Assembly (NCBI RefSeq): GCF_001194135.2
Contig: NC_068988.1
Location: forward strand, 50,489,055-50,542,280
Source: Octopus bimaculoides
Taxonomy: Eukaryota
Direction: 5' to 3'
DNA length: 53,226 nt
Below, piece by piece: positions 11,585 through 21,991 of this stretch (position 1 is the stretch's first letter; each line of letters begins with the position of its first letter). Below the pieces are notes generated by a model. The model was not told the DNA's origin. It made no database searches and saw only the letters and a program-made list of their open reading frames with translations. The position numbers were made by a program, and so were the translations under genes.

Positions 11585-12287
11585 GGCACAGGTGTGGCTG
11601 TGTATTAAGAAGTTAGCTTTCTCAACCACATGGTTCTGGGTTCAGTCCCACTGCTTGAAGCCTTGGGCAAATTTCCTCTACCGTAGCTTTGGGCTGGCCA
11701 AAGCTTTATGAGTGGATTTGGTAAACAGAAANNNNNNNNNNNNNNNNNNNNNNNNNNNNNNNNNNNNNNNNNNNNNNNNNNNNNNNNNNNNNNNNNNNNN
11801 NNNNNNNNNNNNNNNNNNNNNNNNNNNNNNNNNNNNNNNNNNNNNNNNNNNNNNNNNNNNNNNNNNNNNNNNNNNNNNNNNNNNNNNNNNNNNNNNNNNN
11901 NNNNNNNNNNNNNNNNNNNNNNNNNNNNNNNNNNNNNNNNNNNNNNNNNNNNNNNNNNNNNNNNNNNNNNNNNNNNNNNNNNNNNNNNNNNNNNNNNNNN
12001 NCTTGTAGAACAATTAAACTTTATGAATCAATTTATTAAGATGAGATGGTCATTAAGAACAACAAGACTCTCTTTTACTCTTTTACTTGTTTCAGTCATT
12101 TGACTGTGGCCATGCTGGAGCACCGCCTTTAGTCAAACGTGTCAACCCCAGGACTTATTCTTTGTAAGTCTAGTACTTGGTCTATCGGTCTCTTTTGCCG
12201 AACCACTAAGTAATGGGAATGTAAACACACCAACATTGGTTGTCAAGCGATGCTGAGGGGACCAATATATAGACACAGACACATATG

Positions 12288-12328
<41 letters not shown>

Positions 12329-12340
12329 GACAGGCTTCTT
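11585..12340. mobile_element. SINE family A pieces (plus-strand head 11585-11731; minus-strand tail half ~12070-12340) either side of an N gap
   Basis: Both pieces match the 1125-1512 copy. Confidence 0.65.
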
Positions 12341-12351
12341 CCACTTTCTGT

Positions 12352-12797
12352 AAGCTACTTACCACACACATATACATATATGCATGTACGTTTTTGTGAT
12401 TGTGCTTATCCATCACCACCACTTGACAACCCATGTTGGTGTGTTTACATCCCTGTAACTTAGCTGTTAAGCAAGTGATACCAATGGAATAAATACCAGA
12501 TTTATGGGAAAATAAGTACTCAGCTTGATTCATTTGACTAAAAATATTTCAAGGTGGTGCCCTAGCATGGCCACAGTCTAATGCTAGGGCACCACCTTGA
12601 AGAATTTTTAACCAAATAAATCAACCTGAGTACTTATTTTTCCATAAATCTGCTATTTATTCCATTGGTATCACTTGCTGAACAGCTAAGTTACAGGGAT
12701 GTAAACACACCAACATGGGTTGTCAAGTGGTGGTGATGGATAAGCACAATCACAAAAACGTACATGCATATATGTATATGTGTGTGCTAAGTAGCTT
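12352..12797. repeat. Inverted duplication of ~217 bp of SINE A sequence with a 12-nt spacer
   Basis: The arms are 12352-12568 and 12581-12797 around ggccacagtcta, with scattered mismatches. Confidence 0.9.
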
Positions 12798-14079
12798 GCT
12801 TACCAACCACATGGTTCCAGGTACAGTCCCACTGAATGGCACCTTGGGCAAGTGACAGACTGAATGTATTCTTCAAATGCAAGTTGGTTGTAGAAATGGT
12901 TGAGCAGGACTAAAATGTAAGCCTAGACTGCATGATTCTAATNNNNNNNNNNNNNNNNNNNNNNNNNNNNNNNNNNNNNNNNNNNNNNNNNNNNNNNNNN
13001 NNNNNNNNNNNNNNNNNNNNNNNNNNNNNNNNNNNNNNNNNNNNNNNNNNNNNNNNNNNNNNNNNNNNNNNNNNNNNNNNNNNNNNNNNNNNNNNNNNNN
13101 NNNNNNNNNNNNNNNNNNNNNNNNNNNNNNNNNNNNNNNNNNNNNNNNNNNNNNNNNNNNNNNNNNNNNNNNNNNNNNNNNNNNNNNNNNNNNNNNNNNN
13201 NNNNNNNNNNNNNNNNNNNNNNNNNNNNNNNNNNNNNNNNNNNNNNNNNNNNNNNNNNNNNNNNNNNNNNNNNNNNNNNNNNNNNNNNNNNNNNNNNNNN
13301 NNNNNNNNNNNNNNNNNNNNNNNNNNNNNNNNNNNNNNNNNNNNNNNNNNNNNNNNNNNNNNNNNNNNNNNNNNNNNNNNNNNNNNNNNNNNNNNNNNNN
13401 NNNNNNNNNNNNNNNNNNNNNNNNNNNNNNNNNNNNNNNNNNNNNNNNNNNNNNNNNNNNNNNNNNNNNNNNNNNNNNNNNNNNNNNNNNNNNNNNNNNN
13501 NNNNNNNNNNNNNNNNNNNNNNNNNNNNNNNNNNNNNNNNNNNNNNNNNNNNNNNNNNNNNNNNNNNNNNNNNNNNNNNNNNNNNNNNNNNNNNNNNNNN
13601 NNNNNNNNNNNNNNNNNNNNNNNNNNNNNNNNNNNNNNNNNNNNNNNNNNNNNNNNNNNNNNNNNNNNNNNNNNNNNNNNNNNNNNNNNNNNNNNNNNNN
13701 NNNNNNNNNNNNNNNNNNNNNNNNNNNNNNNNNNNNNNNNNNNNNNNNNNNNNNNNNNNNNNNNNNNNNNNNNNNNNNNNNNNNNNNNNNNNNNNNNNTA
13801 CATGATGGTCTGCATGCCACACTTGACACCACTATCATGCAGCTTGGCTGCAATTTTCTTGTTACATGTATGTGTGTATATGTGCAGTATTTGGAGTCAG
13901 TGCATGTGCAGATTTGTCTGTTTTGTTTTATGTATATATTCTTATGCATATAGTTGCATGTCTAGACATGCACATGTATGTATGTATGTATGTATACATG
14001 TACGTATGTATGTATGCATGTGTGTATGTATGCATGTAGGATATGGTCTATTCAAAAATGCAGAAAAATGTTCTACTCA

Positions 14080-14270
14080 GAACTTATGAATAGAAGCAGT
14101 GTCAGTCAGAAACAAATGTCCATTTCCTGTTCTCACTAGAGCTATTGAAGATTTTGGGCCATATACCTCCTTAACATAAGAGTACAAACCCTTGGCATCA
14201 TTTCTATCAGCTGCTCGTGTAATCAACTGAGGATATCGAGTGATGATCGCTATTAAAATAAGCAACCTAA
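14080..14270 (-). mobile_element. RTE-BovB-like LINE ORF fragment
   Basis: The peptide AADRNDAKGLYSYVKEVYGPKSS..LVRTGNGHLFLTDTASI resembles the BovB/RTE linker between the endonuclease and RT. Confidence 0.6.
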
Positions 14271-14719
14271 GGTTTAGCTATAAATATCCTACATACTAAG
14301 TTGTGGGGCCCATGCAACCATTTCATTTTTCATTTTTCATTTTTATATAACATCTCATTTTCATTCGTTTTATGGTTTTTGTCCCCACTGTGGTGTTGTG
14401 TCTGTCTTTGTAGTGACCCCTCTGTGTTGTGGCCGTAGTGCCAAATAAAGAAACAGGACGTTGGTGTCGCCTTGGCGGAGGTTTGTGCTCTCTGGGAGCT
14501 CTTGTTTTTGTATACATTCATTGGAAAAAAGGAAATCTATGCTTATATCCAAGGGAGACAACTCTGATCCCCTTTATTTTATCATCCATATTTGTTGCGT
14601 AGAGAATCATTCCTTGAGTAAAATTTTCGACAGGTTATAAAGAATTAAGCTAAGCTAATGCGACAGTAGCATTTATCTGTACACATGTTCCGTAATTTAG
14701 AGCAGCAAATAAACAGAAG

Positions 14720-15300
14720 CTGGCGAACGGAGTCCTCTTATAGATTACTTTGTTGACAAATAACAACGATCTTATCATGGCTGGTAACTTCAACGGACAT
14801 GCTGGACAGTTCTTTGATAGATTCCATGATGTGGCTACAGCCGTTGTTTAAGGGAATAACTCTAATATTAATAACCTAATAATCTGCAACACTAGCACTA
14901 ACTTCGAAAAACTAACCAGTCCCTTGATTACCTATCATTCTGGTGAACACAAACCAGATAGACTTCGTTCCTTCCAGGAAACGGGAAATGAAGCGAGCAT
15001 GATCCATTGGATATTCAGTGTGCATGAACAACGGAGTACAAATGTGCTCATAAAAAAACTAGGCATAAGAGAAATCAAGGGTAGTATAAAAAAGAGAAAA
15101 CTGCGTTCGTATGGTCATGGATGAGAACAGTTGTCTAATGAAGCAGCGACTACCTACAGTGGATGAGGCCTGTGGAAAAGGGAAACCCAGAAAGATGTGA
15201 GATGAAGTAGCGAAGATTGATTTCAGGATGATGAGCCTCATGGAGAAGATATGAAAAGACCCATAAATCACGTGCACTTGTATTCTGAGTACGTCTATAT
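14720..15300 (+). mobile_element. Internally deleted RTE LINE (AP-endonuclease remnant fused to the C-terminus)
   Basis: DLIMAGNFNGHAG and LITYHSGEH...QID-like motifs are followed directly by NEASMIHW...LGIREIKGSIKKRKLRSYGHG...CGKGKPRK. No RT domain lies between them. Confidence 0.65.
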
Positions 15301-15620
15301 TGGTCGGTGAAGAGAAAGTGAGAGATGTCACTAACCTTGGTTTTGAATTAGGACGAGTAATGAGGCCTTCTCGACAGTGCAAGGTTCCTTGTAGCTTAGA
15401 AGAATACAAGGCAGTGACAGGAGCAAAAATTAACTCAGACAAGTCAGTGGACTTGCAGCTTGGCATTCAGTGCAGCAAGTCAATGTTGCCGGTCAGCATA
15501 GTAAGATGCTAGGACAATGAACCGGTCAAGCTGCTTGTTCGGACTTCCATGCAAATAGAAATTGGCTGTAGGATATGAGTGGAGATGATGATGCTGACTG
15601 GAAGGTCGGGTAGAGATGAT
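15300..15620 (-). mobile_element. Possible degenerate CR1/Jockey-like LINE C-terminal fragment
   Basis: The peptide CKSTDLSELIFAPVTALYSSKLQ weakly resembles the CSSELxELIP motif of such LINEs. This is a recalled resemblance only. Confidence 0.25.
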
Positions 15621-15690
15621 GAACACCCAGCATCCTCCTTCATTATATATCATTTCTTAAATGCCGTACTAATTTTCTTTTTGACTAGAT

Positions 15691-16118
15691 CAGTGGTTCT
15701 CAAATCTTTTCAGCTTGCCGTCCCCTTGGCATTCAGGTCACGATCCTAGTGCGCCTCCGCCACCACCACCACAAACATAGACCACGTTCTGCAGCAAATT
15801 CAAAACAAATGTATTTCACAAATAAAACTTAACCTAATTAACCCATTATTTTGTCTGTTTTTACACTCATCGCCCCTTTTCACCATCCCATTATCGCTCC
15901 ACTTTTCTTCAACGCACCACCTTACCTTTCTGCTGCCCTTAGAGGGTGATATTGTCCACTTTTGGATAGATTATGAAATTCTTAATAAATAACAGCGAGT
16001 GAGAAAGCATCCATCACCCGCTTTTGACCACCTCATCATTGCCCCGCTTTTCTTCAACACTCACAGGATCTTTCCACTGCTCCCACAGGGGCAATACCGC
16101 TCACTTTGGGAACCATAG
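15691..16118. mobile_element. hAT (Charlie-like) non-autonomous element / MITE
   Basis: It starts CAGTGGTTCTCAA and ends TTGGGAACCATAG. The identical 8-bp TSD GACTAGAT is at 15683-15690 and 16119-16126. Confidence 0.85.
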
Positions 16119-16355
16119 GACTAGATTTTGGGGTGGCCCATCTATTGTCAACATCCTTTGTAAGGAGAACCGTGGTTGATGATGCACAGGCATGCGCTGA
16201 AGCAGCGATATCTGCAGAGATCCCAATATGATGAGTAGGTGTTGTCAACCCTTTATCAAGCACGTTTTCCTCAGCTTGTTTCTTGAACAGAGCTACAGTC
16301 CTAGGTCAGAACGAAGATCAAAATTTGACACCCAAACATCAGGAATGTTGTCAGG

Positions 16356-16488
16356 CACTCATAATTTTCTACCAGTCAGCCACTCACAATTTTCTGCCAG
16401 TCAACCTTTCATAATTTTCTGCCAGTCAACCACTCATAATTTTCTGCCAGTGTGTCACTCATAATTCTCGTAATTTTCTACCAGTCAG
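16356..16488. repeat. Minisatellite, 25-bp unit (cactcataattttctgccagtcaac) x ~5
   Basis: Directly visible tandem units. Confidence 0.85.
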
Positions 16489-17704
16489 GTAATGCAGCTA
16501 GTAAAATTCCTACTTTAACCTTCGATAGACCTAATGACACCTGATGACCACGGGAAACATCACCAGTAATGTGTCCAGGTACATCACGGAATGATGTATG
16601 AAAAATAACATGAACATCAAAAAAATTTTTATTTATTTTATTTCTGTGTAAACATTACAGACTTTTTATAATGCTCTTGTAATGTCCTTTCAACCATAGC
16701 CCTTGTGGCAATAAAAGAAAAGATTGATTCAACCCACCACTCTTTTCCCACCTCGCGTCACTGACTAATGTATACTCCTGCGTTCCTCTTCTGGGCATTA
16801 TTGTGAGACCACTCCTTGCAGATTCTAGATTCTAATTTGTTTACATTCCTTACAAATTCTTATTTCCTGACAACTGATCACTCCTTACTGATATCAATAC
16901 TCTACTCACGCATTCTTTTTCCCATCCTTCTCCTCCAACACTGCTTGTGATTGCGTGCGTATATGCGTGCGTGCGCGCATCCGTCCGTGCGTGCGTGTGT
17001 GTGTCTCAATTTCACAAAACACGCGTTGTATATAGTAAATTTCGTTATTAAAGTATTGCTGTGCATCCGATGAAAGACAGGTCAGGATAGCCGACGAATT
17101 TGAATCCAGCATGAAATATGAGAGCTGAAACTAGAGATATTAATGTGTGTAATCTAATCGATTCACTGTTCTATTTATCAGAGGAATTGAACAAGCTGTT
17201 CCCTTGAAGTTAAGCTAAAAACTCATTGCGTCATGCACTCATTAAATTTGTTTACCTGACAACGTGATACTCAGTGCACTTTTCTATTGCCATTAAAAGT
17301 ATTTTTAATGTAACTAAACCAATATTTTCAATATTAAGAATTAATAATTATGACATAATAATTATGCTAATCACAATAACCTGATCTCTCTTTTTCTTTC
17401 TTTCTCTACTGAAGTTCGATAAAAGGCCAATCGTAATAAGGGAGGCAATCCATATAGTACAAATGATTTCAAAGGTAAGTAACTATGGCCACCAGGTTAT
17501 TTCTATTGCCGAGCTGTCTTGAGTTTAAATTAACATATTCAGTTGGAATAAATATTAAGATAATAATCTTACCGTAAAGCTGTTATAATGGGAATAAACA
17601 CCACTATAGAGACAAAAAGCAAGTTATATGTATATATCTATTTTCTTTTAGAAAAACAAAGACGGAGAAGAAGCACACTCTAAGAAGTAGAGCAATCTAT
17701 ACCT

Positions 17705-17767
17705 ATTACTGGTGAAGGCCTGTTTAGAAGCCTAAAGTTACCCTATAAACAGGCCTTCACCAATAAT
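17705..17767. repeat. Inverted repeat, 22-bp arms (1 mismatch), 19-nt loop
   Basis: attactggtgaaggcctgttta / taaacaggccttcaccaataat. Confidence 0.9.
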
Positions 17768-17862
17768 GCGTGTATGTAGTGACGGAGAGTGCTACTCAGC
17801 ACCAGCATTGCTAGAAATAAAAGTCAAACAACTCTTAGCCACATGAGAGCACTTTTCTCACG

Positions 17863-17926
17863 ACTGATCTTATTTTATCTTATGTCCATTGTCCTGACAA
17901 TGGACATAAGATAAAATAAGATCAGT
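17863..17926. repeat. Perfect palindrome, 31-bp arms, 2-nt spacer
   Basis: actgatcttattttatcttatgtccattgtc-ct-gacaatggacataagataaaataagatcagt. Confidence 0.95.
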
Positions 17927-18724
17927 GATAAACAAGTGAAGAATGAATATATAGTGCATGTGGCAAAAAAAAAATGACCATCTCGAAATACAAATAAGTC
18001 AGTAAAAATATGCCCTCTTAGCAATGCCTTTTAATTCGTTATTGAATTCAATCTTTTGTATGCATTGCCGTGGCATACCAGCAAATGGTTTGTACTCTAT
18101 TTATAAATAACCATGGACTGGCGATTCGATTTGTCTCCAGTTCGATTCAGATACATGATGTTGCTAGACCACAAGAATGGCGAAATATCAGTATCCATTA
18201 CTCCTGAATGGGATCAGAAGCAAGTTGTCTTACCTGTCTATAACTTTCCGATGTTTTAACACCCAGTGTAATGAAGGAGTCATCTCCCAGATGCTATGCC
18301 GCAGTGAACCAGCAAACAAGCAAAACGCATACATTGAATTTGTGCACTCAATAATGTGTGTGTGTGTGTGTGCATTCTTTTACTTATTTCAGTCATTAAA
18401 TCATTAAACTACAGCCATGCTGGGGCACCATCTTAAAGAATTTGAATGACCAAATCAACCTCAGTGCTTATTTCAAGTCTGGTATTCATTCTGACTCAGT
18501 TTTGATTAACTGTTAAGTTACATGGATGTAAATAAACCTTCACTGCTTGTCAAGCAGAGAGAGTGGGGAAGATAAATACATACACATATACATGCAAACA
18601 CACACACATATACATTATAAGCATATATGGGAAAATTGATACTCAGGTACTGAAAGGATTCTGAGTCTCAATGTGATTTCAGGTCAGAACGCTCCATAGT
18701 TGATGCGATTTCCTATTGATTATT

Positions 18725-18940
18725 CTTTTCTACTATAGGCACAAGGCCTGAAATTTTTGGGGAGGGAACCTGTCGATTAGATCGACCTAGTATGCACACT
18801 GGTACTTAATTTATCGATCCCGAAAGGATGAAAGGCAAAGTCGACATCAGCAGAATTTGAACTCAGAACGTAGCAGCAGACGAAATACCGCTAAGCATTT
18901 CGCCCGGTGTGCTAACGATTATGGCAGCTTGCCACCTTTC
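18725..18940 (-). mobile_element. SINE family B
   Basis: Reverse-complement match to the family B copies. Confidence 0.7.
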
Positions 18941-19534
18941 CTATTGAGGGGGCCTAAAGAGGGCAATGGATGGAAAAACAGGGCTAAATTGGTTAAGTTT
19001 TATTTGTGAAATACATTTGTTTTTGAATTTCCTGCGGAAAGTGGTCTATGTTCATGGTGGTAGTAGTGGTGGTGGTGCCAGTGCTAGGAATTTGGCCTTG
19101 CTGCCAAGGAGCTGGCAGCCCAAAAAAGCTTAAGAACCACCATTCTAGAGTATCACATTATTAATAATTGTCAAGTTATTGATCTCTGTATTGCGAATAA
19201 CATAGTTATTACGAATACTTAATATTCGTTCTGCTTAATCTAATTGTAGTTACACTTAGAGTAGCAACAGGTGAGTAAATTACATATCCCTTTCAGAAAA
19301 ACGATTGACGATATATCCCACCATTGGCATAGGAGCTAAGTTATTGAGTGGTTGAAGCAATGAATGCTTAATTGAAATTGATAGGAGCAGCTAATTCTAT
19401 TCCATTAATAAATGGGACAATGAATTGATTAGATGTTAGGTTACACATTCTAGTCTTTAGTTTTATATTTCATGTTTCTGCATGTAAATCGTACAGCTGT
19501 ACCAACGTGTGTATCTACTAATAAATCTATAATC

Positions 19535-19750
19535 TTTTCTACTCTAGGCAAAAGGCCCGAAATTTTGGGGGAGGCAGGGGCCAGTTGATTAGATCAACCC
19601 CAGTATGCAACTAGTACTTAATTTATAGAACCTGAAAGGATGAAAAGTAAAGTCGACCTTGGTAGAATTTGAACTCAGAACGTAAAAACAGACAAAATAC
19701 TGTTAAGCATTTCACCCAGCAGGCTAACATTTCTGCCAGCTCACCGCCTT
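19535..19750 (-). mobile_element. SINE family B
   Basis: Reverse-complement match to the family B copies. Further copies are at ~24400-24560 (-) and ~41298-41520 (+). Confidence 0.7.
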
Positions 19751-19899
19751 ACTAATAAAACTATAATAAATAACAAAATGCTTTCTTTAGTGTAAATCAG
19801 TAGTTCCCAAAAAGATCCCCAAGATGACAGAAACTTTAACAAAACCCCTTTTCTTTACTTTCTTCCTTTCTTTTTTTCCTCTCTCTGTATGACCAAACT

Positions 19900-21070
19900 T
19901 TTGCTGATCCACATTTTTTATATTCTTCAATGATCATTTCTGATGTTATTGAATTTTGTGAACATTTAATTATCTAAACATGTTTTCTACTTTGCAAGTA
20001 AAATTTTTTTAAATCCCATATGTTTATACGATTCATAAACAAAAAATTGTTGAAACTAGTTTGGTATGTACGTAAATAAATTTATGTAAAAACAATCACA
20101 AGTTTTTTATATTCAGATGCATTTTCAACAACAAATTCTCATATATATACACACACACACATATATATGATATAAGTTGGCTCAGTAATGAGTATGACCA
20201 TTGCTTGATAATGAGCAGCAAAGCAAATTTGACTTTTCATTCATGTTGTTGGATATCACAACTATTTCATAATTTTCTCTTCCTAGTTAAAAGCATTTCA
20301 GAATCATGATAACTGACATGTTGTACAGACATACTTAAATATATACTAGGAGCTATATAGAAAATAGACACATTAAACTGAGCAGTATAATTATTTTTCA
20401 TTTACATGAAATACTTAATGACCGAGTATGCACAATGAATCATCAGATAATTGGTGCTGTGAACCGAAGTGCATTTGAGTTAAATAAACGGGAAGAATGG
20501 TTTTTAAATATACCACATAGAGAAAATATAAAATATCTTTTATAAGATACAACATCACCATCATCATCACTTAACATCACTTTCTCTGTGCTGGTATAGG
20601 TTGGATGATTCAACAAGAACTGATGAGCCAGAGAACTGTGCTGAGTTCCAATGTCTGCTTTGACATGGTTTCTACAGCTGGTGTTTTGCCTGGTTGACTT
20701 TCCTGTAGGGAATAGTCATCTAGTGTTCCAGTTGGTTGATTCTCTTAAAGGGTCAGTTTGTTTTATTTGCTGAAGGTCCGGTTCTGATTGGAAGTAAAAT
20801 TGTATTGGTCTAGAAATAATGATGTCAGAACATGTTGATCCACATTTTTTATATTCTTAGCTGATCATTTTTGATATTGAATTTTGTGAACATTTAACCA
20901 TTTAAACATATTTTCTACTTCGCAATTTAAAATTTTTTAAATCTCATACATTTATACCATTGATAATTGGTGAAACTAGTTTGGTATGTACGTAAATAAA
21001 TTTATTTATTTAAAAACAACCACAAGTTTTTCAAATTCAGATGCATTTATCAACAACAAATTCTCCTATG
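19900..21070 (+). repeat. Diverged direct repeat of ~250 bp (19900-20150 and 20835-21070)
   Basis: Shared blocks are tgatccacatttttt.tattctt, gaattttgtgaacatttaa, gaaactagtttggtatgtacgtaaataaattt and attcagatgcattt..caacaacaaattctc. Confidence 0.8.
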
Positions 21071-21126
21071 TCTTTCCCTGCATGGAAATACAGCTCTTCT
21101 NNNNNNNNNNNNNNNNNNNNNNNNNN

Positions 21127-21163
<37 letters not shown>

Positions 21164-21214
21164 TATATATATATATATACATACATATATATATATATAT
21201 ATACATATATATAG

Positions 21215-21985
21215 TGTGACGAAAACTTTTTGAAAACTTTGCATAAGCATCTGAACAGGTATCCCCAAGCTTTTGACAAAATTTGAAGCAGATTCTCTGC
21301 TCAACTTTCTCTATCCTGGTCAATGAGATGAACACATGCTACACACATTACTTCCAAGCACTGCTGTAAACAGCAAAAGTGAGCTAGAATGTTTAAAATT
21401 AATGTGCAAGCACAGCAGAGTTCAAGGTCAATCTCGACCCAATCAAGAAAATTTTGTGCAACTGAAACCCAAGTGTCTTTTTGGTTAGTTGACACATGTC
21501 TCATACCCAAATCTTCAGCGATAATGAACTGAACTGAACTGTAACTAATCTGCACATCCTCTGATTGTGATCTGATGATTTCCCCTCACAGTTGCATGCA
21601 ATGCTTTTTCTCAGTTCTGCAGGCTGGTAGTCTCCCAGAACGATCATCACTATTGACATTTTTTTGGCCATCTTGGAAACGTCTGAACCACTCATACACT
21701 TGTGTGCAGCTCATACACTCCTCTCCATACACTTTCTGCAACTTTGCATAGGCCTCTGAGCAGGTATCGCCATGACAACTTTCTCTGTCATGATCAATGT
21801 AACGATCACACGTTACTTCCAAGCACTGTTGTAAACAGCGGAAGTGAGCTAGAATGTTAAAACTCAGTGCACATGCACAGCAGAGATCAAAGTCAATCTG
21901 TGCCAACCAGCTTCATTCTGCATGCTTTAGCTTTGTTACTATGGCAACAGCCAGATACTTATTAATCAGACCTCGTGTATACATA
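21215..21985 (-). mobile_element. Second mariner family: 5' end present twice in tandem, truncated
   Basis: A TIR-like end (cacgaggtctgattaataagtatc) lies at ~21985. HTH peptides read AYAKLQKVYGEECMSCTQVYEWFRRFQDG...DDRSGRL and EQRICFKFCQKLGDTCSDAYAK. A ~90-bp segment is duplicated at ~21345-21435 and ~21810-21900. Confidence 0.75.
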
Positions 21986-21991
21986 AATATA

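Noticed and set aside
4602-14089. Long ORFs in the supplied track (300-385 aa) spanning 4.6-5.8, 8.2-9.3, 9.7-10.5, 11.7-12.1 and 12.9-14.1 kb
   Set aside because: They are artefacts of translating through N gaps.
16356-16488. CRISPR-like array
   Set aside because: The 25-bp units are contiguous with no unique spacers, in a eukaryotic context with no cas genes, so this is a minisatellite.
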